Shown here: piece after piece, positions 1-9,704 of the stretch
Numbering within the stretch: the first letter of the stretch is position 1
How the letters are laid out: each line of letters opens with the position of its first letter
Assembly: GCA_035295545.1 (NCBI GenBank)
Contig: DATGIT010000004.1
Coordinates: forward strand, 90,217 to 154,216
Reading direction: 5' to 3'
Length of the DNA: 64,000 nt
From: Candidatus Binataceae bacterium
Lineage (GTDB): Bacteria; Desulfobacterota; Binatia; Binatales; Binataceae
The notes under the pieces: model-generated
What the model was told of the DNA's origin: nothing
Seen by the model: the letters and a program-made list of their open reading frames with translations, nothing else
The model's database searches: none
Made by a program: the position numbers and the translations under genes

Positions 1-587
1 AACTGGCCCATGAAAATGGTGAACAGACGGCCGACGTCAACCCGATCGAGGCGCGGGCCGTAGATATTGAAGTAGCGCACCACGCTCACCGGCAGGCCAA
101 GCTTGTGGTAGGCGAAGCAAAAATGTTCGCCCACCGCCTTTGAAGTCGAGTAACACCACCGATCGATCGTGGTGGCGCCGAGCACGCGGTCGTCGTCCTC
201 TTTCCAGGGAACTTTCGGATTGCGCCCGTACACTTCCGAGGTCGAGCTGAAAACCAGCCGGCGGCCATGCTTGTATGCGGCCTTGAGCACGTTCTGCGTG
301 CCGTTCACATTGACGTTCAATGTTTCATAGGGATCGGCGACATAGTGCTCGACTCCGACCACGGCAGCCAGGTGATAGACGAGATCGGCCTTGGCGACGA
401 GGCTGTCGATGAGCTCGAGATTGAAGACCGTGTCATGAATGTAGTGAAAGCGGGGATTGTCGAGCAGATGGCGCACTTTGGCGATTGCGCCGGTGTCGAG
501 TACGAAAACTTCGTCCCCGCGCGCGATGAACGCGTCGCTCAGGTGCGATCCGAGAAAGCCGGCGCCGCCGGTGATCAATACCCGCAT
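1..587 (-). CDS. NAD-dependent epimerase/dehydratase, UDP-glucuronate decarboxylase-like (homolog of the C-terminal half of ArnA); the 3' end lies outside the window
   Basis: The frame is open to the window edge, so it is absent from the ORF track. My translation from the ATG at 585-587 reads MRVLITGGAGFLGSHLSDAFIARGDEVFVLD...FSSTSEVYG...CYSTSKAVGE. This shows a GxxGxxG Rossmann motif and the S...YxxxK pattern of extended SDRs. It starts 10 nt after the stop of the ArnA-type formyltransferase gene. Confidence 0.75.
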   Translation of the reverse strand, partial: MRVLITGGAGFLGSHLSDAFIARGDEVFVLDTGAIAKVRHLLDNPRFHYIHDTVFNLELIDSLVAKADLVYHLAAVVGVEHYVADPYETLNVNVNGTQNVLKAAYKHGRRLVFSSTSEVYGRNPKVPWKEDDDRVLGATTIDRWCYSTSKAVGEHFCFAYHKLGLPVSVVRYFNIYGPRLDRVDVGRLFTIFMGQ

Positions 588-597
588 GCTCCCTCCC

Positions 598-1602
598 CTA
601 TTCCATTCGCGCGCGCGCGCTCGTATCCGCGCCGCGCGCCGTGCCTGACCGCGACAGCACTTCGGACAACACTTCGGCCGCCGCGCCCTCCGGGCCGCCC
701 TCGAACTGGACGCGCGTAATCAGGACGCTGCCCTCGCCCGCCGCGACTTCGAGCGCGCCGTTGTTGGCGGCAACGATCGCTCCCGGCTCACCACGCCGTC
801 CGCTCTCGCCCGCGATACGGCATTCCCAGATGAGAAGCTTCCGCTCATCGAGCGAACAGAACGCCCCCGGATATGGATGGGTCACGGCGCGAACCAGGTT
901 GAATATGCGCCGCGCGGGCCAGCGCCAGTCGATGCGCCCGTCTTCCGGGCGCCGCCGGCCGAAATAGCTGCCGCGCGCGAGATCCTGCGGCCGGCGCGGC
1001 GCGCATCCGGCCGCGATCAGCGGATGCATCTCGGTGAGCAGCGCGACGCCGAGCGGCACCAGCTTGCGATAGAGCGTGAGCGCGGTGTCGCTGTCGTCGA
1101 TCGCGACCGAGCGCTGCCCCACGATGTCGCCGGCATCGGCGCGCGCGACCATGTGATGCAGCGTCACGCCCGCCTCCCGCTCGCCGTTGACCAGCATCCA
1201 GTTCACGGGCGCGCGGCCGCGATATGCGGGCAGCAGTGAGCCGTGCAGATTGTAGGCGCCGAGCGACGCCGCGCGCAGGACCTCCCCCGGCAGCAGGTTG
1301 CGGTAATAGAACGAGTACACGATCGCCGGCCGTAACGCCGCGATCCGCTCGATCCACGGCTGGTCGAGCCGCTCGGGCGTGTACACCGGTATGGCGCGGC
1401 CGTGCGCCAGCTCCGCGCACGAGCGCCACCAGATTTCTTCGCGCGCGTCATCGTCGTGCGTGAACAGCGCGGCGACCTGCGCGCCCATCCCGAGCAGCGC
1501 CTCCATGCATGCGTAGCCCATCGCGTGATAGGCGAACAGCACGCAGCGCGCCGGCGCGGAGGATTTCTCCGCGGCCTCTGCACGAGAACGCTCCACGGCC
1601 AC
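598..1602 (-). CDS. arnA: UDP-4-amino-4-deoxy-L-arabinose formyltransferase (stand-alone homolog of the N-terminal half of ArnA)
   Basis: 334-aa ORF. VLFAYHAMGY...NLHGSLLPAYRGRAPVNWMLVNGEREAGVTLHHMV..ADAGDIV is the formyltransferase core. It aligns along its length with E. coli ArnA residues 1-300 as I remember them. The start is GTG at 1602; an internal GTG just before LFAYH is an alternative start. Confidence 0.85.
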   Translation of the reverse strand: MAVERSRAEAAEKSSAPARCVLFAYHAMGYACMEALLGMGAQVAALFTHDDDAREEIWWRSCAELAHGRAIPVYTPERLDQPWIERIAALRPAIVYSFYYRNLLPGEVLRAASLGAYNLHGSLLPAYRGRAPVNWMLVNGEREAGVTLHHMVARADAGDIVGQRSVAIDDSDTALTLYRKLVPLGVALLTEMHPLIAAGCAPRRPQDLARGSYFGRRRPEDGRIDWRWPARRIFNLVRAVTHPYPGAFCSLDERKLLIWECRIAGESGRRGEPGAIVAANNGALEVAAGEGSVLITRVQFEGGPEGAAAEVLSEVLSRSGTARGADTSARARME

Positions 1603-1608
1603 GTCGGT

Positions 1609-2610
1609 TCAGCGATGCTCCGGCGCCGCCGGCGTTTCGTCGTGCACGGCGCGAACGATATAAGTCGGCCGCTTGCGCACTTCGAGATAGATGCGTCCGA
1701 CGTACTCGCCGATCAGTCCGACCGCGAGCAGGACGAAGCCGAGCACGAGAAAGTTGAAGGCGAACAACGTCCAGACCGCGCCCTCCTGCTGCGGCCCGTA
1801 CAGGATGCGGTGGCCGATCAGTATCAGCACGAGCAATGCATCGAGTGCGAATACGATAATTCCGGCCAGGCTGACCGCGCGAATCGGCATCATCGAGAAT
1901 CCGGTCAGCAGGTTGAGGCTGAGATGGACGAGACGGAACAGGTTGTACTTGGAGTCGCCGCTCCGACGTTCATCGTGGCCGACCGGGATCTCGGCGACCC
2001 GCTTGGCGAAAGAATTGGCCAGCGCCGGCACGAAGGCCGCCTTCTCGTCGCACGCCACCACGGTATCGACGATATGCCGGCGGTACGCGCGCAGCATGCA
2101 TCCGTAGTCGTGCATCGGCACGCCGACAATCATCGAGGTCACCCGGTTCTGCAGATTCGAGGCGAGCCGGCGGTAGGCCACGTCCTGGCGCTGCTCGCGC
2201 CATCCGCCGGCAACGTCGTTGCCTTCATCTATCGCGGCGAGCAGACGCGGAATCTCTTCGGGCGGGTTCTGCAGGTCGGCGTCGAGCGTCACCACGGTCT
2301 CGCCGCGGCACTGGCGGAAGCCGGCCAGAATCGCTGAATGCTGGCCGAAGTTGCGCGCAAGCTCGATTATCCGGACCGTGCCGTGCGCCGCACTCGCGAT
2401 GTCCCGCAGGATCGCCAGCGAGTCGTCGGCGGAGCCGTCGTCCACGAACAGGACCTCCCAGGGACGGCCGCTCGCGCGCATCGCCTGCTCCAGGCGCGAC
2501 CACAGCGCACGCAGATTGGCCGCCTCGTTGTAGACCGGAACCACAACCGAGACCAGCGATCCGCGCGGCTCGGGTTCGCGCAGCGGGGTTATTTTTTCGG
2601 CTGAACTCAA
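1609..2610 (-). CDS. arnC: Undecaprenyl-phosphate 4-deoxy-4-formamido-L-arabinose transferase (GT2)
   Basis: The ORF is open from 2814, but conservation begins at SLVSVVVPVYNE. I place the start at TTG 2610, preceded by AGGA. LDADLQNPPEEIPRL and DYGCMLRAYRRHIVD are near-identical to E. coli ArnC as I recall it. There are two C-terminal TM helices. Confidence 0.85.
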   Translation of the reverse strand: MSSAEKITPLREPEPRGSLVSVVVPVYNEAANLRALWSRLEQAMRASGRPWEVLFVDDGSADDSLAILRDIASAAHGTVRIIELARNFGQHSAILAGFRQCRGETVVTLDADLQNPPEEIPRLLAAIDEGNDVAGGWREQRQDVAYRRLASNLQNRVTSMIVGVPMHDYGCMLRAYRRHIVDTVVACDEKAAFVPALANSFAKRVAEIPVGHDERRSGDSKYNLFRLVHLSLNLLTGFSMMPIRAVSLAGIIVFALDALLVLILIGHRILYGPQQEGAVWTLFAFNFLVLGFVLLAVGLIGEYVGRIYLEVRKRPTYIVRAVHDETPAAPEHR

Positions 2611-2852
2611 ATTCCTAATCCAAGGGCTGCAAAGTCGCCCCTCCGCGAGACCGGCTCGGCGTACACAATCCGGGGCGCGTCTCTCGCAATTATTACCGAC
2701 GACCTTGAAGTAAAAGACGATACCCCGCCGAAGAAGCGGCGGAAAGAGGCACCGGCAAAGTGGGAAGCCCGACCTCGATCGTCTCCAGCATGGTTCTTGC
2801 TGAACCAGTCTCACCAGTCCGTCCGTTGTCGGACGAACGGCGCTATGGGGGG

Positions 2853-3812
2853 ATGGAGGACGCGGTGTTGACGCGCAAGTCCCTGTTAAGTTTCACGCTG
2901 ATTACTGCCCTAACCGGAATCGCCGGGTGCTCGACGGTCAGTCAACGCACCGCCGAGCGGAGGCCCTTCTTTCAGCCGGAATACCAGGCCGAAACGCACG
3001 GCCGCAAGACCCTCTTCGATCGCGTGGTCGAACTCGACCCCGGATCCATGAAAGTCAAGGTCGCGCCTGACTATCAGCGCAACGCGCCGCTCAGAATCGC
3101 GGTGTTGCCTTTCACCGATCGCGGCAGCGCAAACTTCTCGGTGGACAAGATACCGATGACGTTCCGCAACCATGAAGAGCGCCTGCGCTGGGCCTGGACC
3201 GATGCGCAGCGCTTGCGGCGATTAATGATCGGCTATCTATCGACTCGCGAATTTTACGTCCTCAATCCCATCGGCATCGATGCGGTCCTACACATGCACG
3301 GCATCACCGACGAAAAACAGCTCGACCAGGTGCCCCCGGCCACGCTCGGCAGATGGCTGGGCGCCGACGCTGTAGTCTACGGGGAAGTTCTCAATTACGA
3401 GGCCTACTACTTCGGGCTGGTTTCGGCATGGCAGGTCGCGGTCGCCGGACGCTTTGTCTCTACGCACAACGGCGAGCAACTGGTCGGCTATTTCGGCAAT
3501 CGCTACGACGTGGATTTCATGCCCGCATTCGATCCAACGGACATCGCGATCAATTCCGCCGAAGCGCTGCTGCAACTGCGCGACGTGCAACTGGCGCGGT
3601 CGGAAGAAGAGGTCAGCCGCGAGATCGTGCTGCGCATACCGGTTTCGGAGAGCCTGCGGCTCGAGATCGCGCAGAATGCGCTCGAAATGTCCGAGGGCGA
3701 GGACACCTCGAAATCGCCCTCTTCCGGGAGCGGCGGACGGGAGATGATGACGCCGACGCGCTCGGGCGCAGTCGAGGCTGCGATATCCTATCCCGCCACG
3801 CGCGCACGCTAG
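2853..3812 (+). CDS. Lipoprotein, tentatively DUF799/GNA1162-like
   Basis: ATG at 2853 follows a GGGGGG run. Signal peptide plus lipobox (LTGIAG-C). IAVLPFTDRGS and LGADAVVYGEVLNYE resemble the DUF799 pattern from memory. It lies between arnC and arnT. Confidence 0.6.
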   Translation: MEDAVLTRKSLLSFTLITALTGIAGCSTVSQRTAERRPFFQPEYQAETHGRKTLFDRVVELDPGSMKVKVAPDYQRNAPLRIAVLPFTDRGSANFSVDKIPMTFRNHEERLRWAWTDAQRLRRLMIGYLSTREFYVLNPIGIDAVLHMHGITDEKQLDQVPPATLGRWLGADAVVYGEVLNYEAYYFGLVSAWQVAVAGRFVSTHNGEQLVGYFGNRYDVDFMPAFDPTDIAINSAEALLQLRDVQLARSEEEVSREIVLRIPVSESLRLEIAQNALEMSEGEDTSKSPSSGSGGREMMTPTRSGAVEAAISYPATRAR

Positions 3813-3950
3813 CGGGCGCCACTCCGCACTCCCGCAGCCGCCATCTTCGTCGACCGCTCGGAACGACGAGGGCGGCAGCTCCCGGGTTAAGCGCCGGCCC
3901 ATGATTCGCGGGTTGACGGCGCCCGCCCTGGTCCGCAGACTCTTGCGATC

Positions 3951-5723
3951 ATGCCTGCCAGCTCCGCGATCATGGCCGCGTCGCGCAGGCCGCTGCGCCT
4001 GCTGCTATGCGCGGCGGTCGCGGCCGCGCTCTACCTGCCGGCGCTGGGCCGCCCGGCATTGTGGGAGCCCGATGAGGGCCGCTATGCGGAAATCGCGCGC
4101 GAAATGGTGCTCACCCATGACTATGTGACGCCGCACGACGACTGGGTGCGCTATTTCGAAAAGCCGCCGCTCGTCTATTGGGCAGAGACGCTCTCGATCA
4201 GATTGTTCGGCGTCAACGAACTGGCCGTGCGATTGCCCGCTGCGCTCGCAACCGTCGCCGAGGTGGTGGTCACCGCAGCCTTGGGTGAGGCGATGTTCGG
4301 CGCGAGCGTGGGACTTGCGGCGGCGATGGTGCTCGGGCTTTCACCCCTGGTCTTCGGCTTCGCGCGATTCGCGACGCTCGATCCGGCGCTCGCGCTGTTC
4401 ATCACCGCGGCGCTGGCCTCGTTCCGGATGTGGGCGTGCACGCCCGGCGGCGAGGACGCGGCAGGGTCCGCCGGCGCGGCGGGCGCGCGCTGGTTCCTGC
4501 TGGCGAGCGCGCTGACCGCTGCGGGTACGCTCACAAAGGGGCCGGTGGCGCTGGCTCTGACTGGAGCGATTGGCCTCGCGTGGCTCGCAGGCGAGCGCCG
4601 CACCGGCGCAATCATCCGCATGCCGTGGTTGAGCGCGATCGCGGTCTACCTTGCGATCGCGGCGCCGTGGTTCGCGCTCGCGGCGTGGCGCAATCCCGGC
4701 TTCCTGCATTTCTTTTTCATTCACGAGCATATCGAGCGCTACCTGAGAAACGTCGAGCACGGATGGGGGCCGTATTTTTTCGTGCTCGTGACGATCGCGG
4801 GGATGTGGCCGTGGATTTGTTTCGTCCCCATGGGTGCGCTGCAGGTTATCCGCGGGCAGGGCCAGGGCCGGGATACCCCGGAGGGACGGCCCGCGGGCGA
4901 TCGCGCCTCTCTCACCTTTCTGCTCTGGTGGTTCGGAATAATCCTGGTGTTCTTTTCGATTCCGCGCGCAAAGCTCGGCTCGTACATCCTGCCCGGGCTC
5001 CCGCCGCTGGCGATCCTGGCGGGTTACGCGCTGTGCAATCTGTCCGGTACCGCCGTCGCGACACGCAACGTGCTCGGCGTCATTGCACTCGCCGATTTCG
5101 CGGCAACCGGGGTTACCTTCGCGGCCTGGCGTTTGTACACGGCGCCGCTCTACTCGATCCTGCTGGCTGACGCGCTTGTCGCGGCCGTTGCGCTCACCGT
5201 TACGTCGCTCGCCGCTCTGGCGATTGCGCGGCTTGGACGGAAGCCTGCAGCCGCGATCGGCGCCCTGGCGCTCGGCGTCCTGACCGCCCTCGGCCTGATG
5301 ATGAAAGCGCGCGCCGACGCGCAGCCGCTCGGTTCGTATCGCGATCTGGCGCGGGCTATCAATCCGTATCTCGCATCAGGATGCGAGCTCGCCTCCTACC
5401 GGCATTTCGTTCAGGCGCTGCCCTTTTACACCGGCCACCGGGAGGCGCTGGTGGACTACCGCGGCGAACTCGCGCCTTTCGGCCGCGCGCCCGACGCGCG
5501 CGCGAGCTTTATCGCGACCGACGGCGATCTGGTCCAGCTATGGCGCGGGCGCGGATGTGCGGTGCTGATCGTCAACCGCAGCGACCTCGAGCACGTCCGC
5601 GCGATGCTGGGCAGCGAGCCTCGAATCATCGGATGCGAGGGCAAAAAACTGGCTTTGTACAGTAGAGAATCGGCGCTCCAGGCGCCCGCTCCCGGCTGCC
5701 ATATCGCGGCGTCTGCGCCGTGA
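3951..5723 (+). CDS. arnT: 4-amino-4-deoxy-L-arabinose transferase-type glycosyltransferase (GT83/PMT_2)
   Basis: 590 aa and polytopic. LWEPDEGRYAEIAREM...YFEKPPLVYW, LTKGPVALAL and FFFIHEHIERYL parallel the E. coli ArnT motifs (LWQPDETRYAEISREM, YFEKP, TKGFLA, FFWVEHIQRF). Confidence 0.85.
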   Translation: MPASSAIMAASRRPLRLLLCAAVAAALYLPALGRPALWEPDEGRYAEIAREMVLTHDYVTPHDDWVRYFEKPPLVYWAETLSIRLFGVNELAVRLPAALATVAEVVVTAALGEAMFGASVGLAAAMVLGLSPLVFGFARFATLDPALALFITAALASFRMWACTPGGEDAAGSAGAAGARWFLLASALTAAGTLTKGPVALALTGAIGLAWLAGERRTGAIIRMPWLSAIAVYLAIAAPWFALAAWRNPGFLHFFFIHEHIERYLRNVEHGWGPYFFVLVTIAGMWPWICFVPMGALQVIRGQGQGRDTPEGRPAGDRASLTFLLWWFGIILVFFSIPRAKLGSYILPGLPPLAILAGYALCNLSGTAVATRNVLGVIALADFAATGVTFAAWRLYTAPLYSILLADALVAAVALTVTSLAALAIARLGRKPAAAIGALALGVLTALGLMMKARADAQPLGSYRDLARAINPYLASGCELASYRHFVQALPFYTGHREALVDYRGELAPFGRAPDARASFIATDGDLVQLWRGRGCAVLIVNRSDLEHVRAMLGSEPRIIGCEGKKLALYSRESALQAPAPGCHIAASAP

Positions 5724-5815
5724 AAGGGGTACTTGGTTTCACAGCGCGCTAATTGTAAGTTTCTTCTGTCGACGCGGCCCTGCGCGTCCTGCACTTTCGG
5801 CGGAGGGGACGGTGG

Positions 5816-6694
5816 ATGGCTGTCGCACGGGATATCGAAGAAAGCGTGGAGACCGGGGGCGAGGCCAGGACCGTGAACGGTAAGAACCACGGATCCGGAG
5901 CGAGCGACGCGGCGCAAGACTACAGCGGTTCTGCACGGGCCGCGGCCGAGAACAAACCCGTCTCGGATGCAACGCCCGACAACTCCTCGAACTCCGGCGC
6001 TCCTCCCGCAGATTCGCACAAGGGATCGGCCGACGGCGAGCCCGGCCTGGGCAAAATCCTGACCGGGGCGCGTGAGCGGCGTGGTGTCTCGCGCGCGCAG
6101 GCCGTTGCGGAGACCCGCATCCCGGCCCATTACATCGACATGATCGAAAGCAGCGACTACGGCCTTATTTCGGATCAGCTCTATCTGATGCCGTTTCTGC
6201 GCCGGTACGCGGCTTTCCTCAAGCTGGACGGCGAAGAGATCGCGATGCGCTTCGTGCGCGAGGTCCAACGCGCCGAGAGCATGGCGGCAACCCAGCGGAT
6301 GTCCGAGCCGTTGGAAACCCACGACTCTCATCGTCTGCCATGGGGACGCATCGCCGCCGTGGTCGTCGTGCTCTCGGCCATTGTCGTGCTCTACGTGATC
6401 GTGTCCGAGCACCATCGCGGCGAATTCGGCTTCCGTCGCGTGCCGCCCGCGCCGGCGATGGCGCCCGCGCAGCCCGCCGCATCCGGTGACGGGGTTTCCG
6501 CTCGCGCCGAAAAAGCGCCGGCGCCCGCGCCGGCGTCGCCTCCCGCTGCTGCGACCGCTCCGCAGGCGGCGGCGCCCAAGCCGCAGGCGCCTGCGCCAGC
6601 CGCGGGCAGCGCAAACCCGCCCGCTCCGACGAGCGCCCAGCCGGGCAAACCGCCCGCCGCACCGGCGGGCGCCGGGTCCTCCGATACCGAGTAA
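5816..6694 (+). CDS. RodZ-like helix-turn-helix membrane protein with a Pro/Ala-rich tail
   Basis: GGAGGGG SD upstream. HTH segment LGKILTGARERRGVSRAQAVAETRIPAHYIDMIE, then FLRRYAAFLKLD, one TM helix (IAAVVVVLSAIVVLYVIV) and a PA-rich C-terminus. I saw no DUF4115-like end. Confidence 0.7.
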   Translation: MAVARDIEESVETGGEARTVNGKNHGSGASDAAQDYSGSARAAAENKPVSDATPDNSSNSGAPPADSHKGSADGEPGLGKILTGARERRGVSRAQAVAETRIPAHYIDMIESSDYGLISDQLYLMPFLRRYAAFLKLDGEEIAMRFVREVQRAESMAATQRMSEPLETHDSHRLPWGRIAAVVVVLSAIVVLYVIVSEHHRGEFGFRRVPPAPAMAPAQPAASGDGVSARAEKAPAPAPASPPAAATAPQAAAPKPQAPAPAAGSANPPAPTSAQPGKPPAAPAGAGSSDTE

Positions 6695-6709
6695 TCTCTG
6701 ACGCGGCGG

Positions 6710-7555
6710 CTAATGAAGCACGCCGTTGGCGATCTCTTCGGCGATCAGTTTGCGCACCTCGTGCGGATCGAAGCCGGGCTGCGCAACGGCGATTACGGTC
6801 AATTCTCCACTGCCCGCGGTCGCACGCGCGACAAAGATCGCGTTGTAGATGGCGCCCTCGGCGCGCTCGCGCCGCGCCTGCTCGCGCGGATCGATCGCCT
6901 GATTGTAAGGTTGCATGTACGACGGCAAGGCGGAGCGCTCCTGGGCAGTCGCCGGAGGTACCGGCCATTGCGACATCGGGAAGCCCAATGGGCCGCCCAG
7001 CGGAACCGGACCCCGCGGCATCTGTCCCTGCTGCTCGTAGCGGTTGACGTCGTTGCGGGCGTTGGTGTTGCCCTCGGCAGCATTCATTTCATCCGTGTCG
7101 CTCCGATCGTCGTCCTGGTCGTCCTCGTCTGGCGCGGTCTGCTCCGGCAACGGCGGCGGCTTCACCCCGAGCTGTTTCAGCAGGGCAAGTGCCGCAGCAT
7201 CCCCGCGCGCGATTTGTTCGAGCGACAATCCGGGTTCCAGCACCTGATGCGTCAGCGTGACGGTAATCGTTACCTCAGACGTGGCGCTGGCGCCGGCCAG
7301 CCTTCCCGCGACCTGAAAATCCTGGCTTAGAACCTGCTGCAGCACGGGATCGGTCGCGATCACGCCGAGCGGCATGGTCGGCGAAACCGGCAGCTTGCCG
7401 TCGGACTTGATCACGATGCGCGCCGTGTCCGCGGCCTGCGCGACTCGCGCAGCACGGCCCGCGCATGCCGCCGCCAGCGCCAGCGCGAGCGTCGCGAAGG
7501 CGACGCTCCTGCAGCGGCGCAGTCGCGCATCGGATCTTACGCCGCCCGGTTCCAT
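6710..7555 (-). CDS. Hypothetical exported protein with an acidic low-complexity segment
   Basis: The ORF is open to 7630. I prefer ATG 7555 because it avoids overlap with purE. Signal-like VAFATLALALAAACAG, acidic run DEDDQDDDRSDTDE, and a natural C-terminus. No family recognised. Confidence 0.5.
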   Translation of the reverse strand: MEPGGVRSDARLRRCRSVAFATLALALAAACAGRAARVAQAADTARIVIKSDGKLPVSPTMPLGVIATDPVLQQVLSQDFQVAGRLAGASATSEVTITVTLTHQVLEPGLSLEQIARGDAAALALLKQLGVKPPPLPEQTAPDEDDQDDDRSDTDEMNAAEGNTNARNDVNRYEQQGQMPRGPVPLGGPLGFPMSQWPVPPATAQERSALPSYMQPYNQAIDPREQARRERAEGAIYNAIFVARATAGSGELTVIAVAQPGFDPHEVRKLIAEEIANGVLH

Positions 7556-7581
7556 CGCTCCTATCCTACCGCGCGCCCCAC

Positions 7582-8076
7582 TCAGGGAAGTTTCTGGCGC
7601 AGCACTTCCGCCGCGCGTGCGGCGCGCCATTTGACCAGATGCTCGCCGAGTTCGGGGCGGCCGAGTGCGAGTATCGCGACCGCGAACAGACCCGCGTTTC
7701 CGGCACCCGCCTTGCCGATCGCCATCGTCGCAACCGGCACGCCGCGCGGCATCTGCACTATCGACAGCAACGAATCCATCCCATTGAGCGACGTGGTCGG
7801 CATCGGTACGCCGATCACGGGCAGGATGGTCTTGGCTGCGATAACGCCAGGCAGATGGGCCGCGCCGCCCGCCCCCGCAATCATCACCTGCATCCCGCGC
7901 TCGACCGCGGCCTCGGCATAGTCGAGCGTCAGGTCGGGCGTGCGATGCGCAGACAGCACACGCACTTCATGCGACACTTTAAATTCATCGAGAACCTCGG
8001 CCGCCGCCGACATGTGCTCCCAATCGCTCTTGCTGCCCATGATTATGCCGACCAGCGGCCTTTGAGCCTCGCTCAT
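7582..8076 (-). CDS. purE: 5-(carboxyamino)imidazole ribonucleotide mutase
   Basis: 164 aa. [14 protein letters not shown]...[11 protein letters not shown]...[13 protein letters not shown]...IGVP is the canonical PurE signature. Confidence 0.9.
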   Translation of the reverse strand: MSEAQRPLVGIIMGSKSDWEHMSAAAEVLDEFKVSHEVRVLSAHRTPDLTLDYAEAAVERGMQVMIAGAGGAAHLPGVIAAKTILPVIGVPMPTTSLNGMDSLLSIVQMPRGVPVATMAIGKAGAGNAGLFAVAILALGRPELGEHLVKWRAARAAEVLRQKLP

Positions 8077-8207
8077 CGCAACAACTCCTCCGTTTCAGGC
8101 TTTGGCCCACGAGGCTTGCCCGTGCATGCACGGTTGTCAAGCCGCAACCGGACACGTAATCAGTTGGGGTCCGCACATGCGGCTGGCGCCGGCGCGGACG
8201 AAGCCCG

Positions 8208-9704
8208 ATGGCGACGCCGATACCTCAAAACCAGTGCTCGTTCACGCTCGACGAAATAGCCTCGGCCACCGGCGGCACGATTTCAGGCGAGCCTCGCACG
8301 GCGGTGCGCGGAGTGACGATGGACACGCGCGCGCTGGAGACCGGATCGCTGTTCGTCGCGCTCCGCGGCGGCGACCGCGACGGTCATTCGTTCCTGGACG
8401 AGGCCGCGCGCCGCGGCGCCGGCGCTCTGCTGGTGGAGCGGGGTCGCACGCTCCCCGCGCTGCCCGCGGTCGAGGTCGACGACACGCTGGCGGCGCTCGG
8501 CGACCTCGCGCGTCATCATCTCGGGCGCATGCGCGCCGCCAATCCGCTCGGCTGCGTCGCGATCGGCGGCGCGGTAGGCAAGACCAGCACGAAGGAGCTG
8601 ACCGCCGCCGCGGTTCGCGCGCTCTTCGGTGAGACGCTGGCGACGCCGGGCAATCTCAACAACCTCATCGGCGTCCCGATGACGGTCTTCACGCTCACCG
8701 AGCGCCATCGCGCCGCCGTGCTCGAGTGCGGCACCAATCGGCGCGGCGAGATCGCGCGCCTGGCGCGCATCGTCGAGCCCGACGTGGCCGTGGTGCTCAA
8801 CGTCGATATCGAGCACAGCGAGGGTCTCGGCAGCCTCGAGGAAATCGCCGACGAGGAGGCGGCGCTTTTCGCCACCGCGCGTCGCACAGCTGTCGCATGC
8901 GCCGACGAGCGGCTGGTGATGGAGCGCGTGCCGCGCGGCGTGAGCCTCGTGACCTTCGGCGCGGCGCCGGATGCCGACGTTTGCGTCGCCGGGCGCGCGC
9001 CCGGCGCGGGCGCGCCGGCGCGCACCCGCGTGACGCTCGCGCTCGATGCGCGACTGGTCGCGGCGGATGCCCCGCGGCGCGTCGAGCTCGCGCTCGCGCT
9101 GGCGGGCGCCGCGGCCGCGCGCAACGCGGCGGCGGCGGTTGCCGCCGCCGCCGCGTTGCGCGCCCGTCCGCTCAGCGCGCACGAACTCGCGGCGATGGCG
9201 CGCGCGCTCGAGCGCGTCGCGCCGGTCGCCGGGCGCCTGCAGGTGCGCGCGATCGGGGACCTGGTGCTGATTGACGACACCTATAATGCCAACCCGCGTT
9301 CCGTGCGCGCGGCGCTCGAGGCGGCGCGCGAAAGCGCCGCTTCGAGCGCCGGCGCGCGCCTGATCGTCGCGCTCGGCGACATGCTCGAGCTGGGCGAGCT
9401 CGCGCCCGCGATGCATGGCGAGGCGGTCGCCGAGGTGCTGCGGCTCGCGCCGGCCGCGTTCGTCGCGGTCGGTCCGGCGATGGGCGCCGCCGCGAGCGCC
9501 GCGACGCCGGCCGCGGGGATCGACCACGCGTCGCGCCGGCGCACCGCGGTGCATCTTGTGCCGGATAGCGCGACCGCGGCGGAGCTGATTCGAGGACTGG
9601 CGCGCGCGGGCGACGTCATCCTGGTCAAGGGCTCGCGGGGCATCCGCATGGAGCGCATAATCGACGCACTCGAGGGGCGCTTTGGAAGTCGCACTCAAGA
9701 TTGA
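8208..9704 (+). CDS. murF: UDP-N-acetylmuramoyl-tripeptide--D-alanyl-D-alanine ligase
   Basis: 498 aa. FTLDEIASATGG, DTRALETGSLFVALRGGDRDGHSF, IGGAVGKTSTKE (P-loop), NNLIGVP and IDDTYNANP are Mur ligase/MurF motifs. Confidence 0.85.
   Translation: MATPIPQNQCSFTLDEIASATGGTISGEPRTAVRGVTMDTRALETGSLFVALRGGDRDGHSFLDEAARRGAGALLVERGRTLPALPAVEVDDTLAALGDLARHHLGRMRAANPLGCVAIGGAVGKTSTKELTAAAVRALFGETLATPGNLNNLIGVPMTVFTLTERHRAAVLECGTNRRGEIARLARIVEPDVAVVLNVDIEHSEGLGSLEEIADEEAALFATARRTAVACADERLVMERVPRGVSLVTFGAAPDADVCVAGRAPGAGAPARTRVTLALDARLVAADAPRRVELALALAGAAAARNAAAAVAAAAALRARPLSAHELAAMARALERVAPVAGRLQVRAIGDLVLIDDTYNANPRSVRAALEAARESAASSAGARLIVALGDMLELGELAPAMHGEAVAEVLRLAPAAFVAVGPAMGAAASAATPAAGIDHASRRRTAVHLVPDSATAAELIRGLARAGDVILVKGSRGIRMERIIDALEGRFGSRTQD

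Noticed and set aside
1609-2814. Full 401-aa version of the arnC ORF
   Set aside because: The first 68 codons are non-conserved and Arg/Cys-rich and would overlap the divergent lipoprotein promoter region. Homology starts just after TTG 2610.
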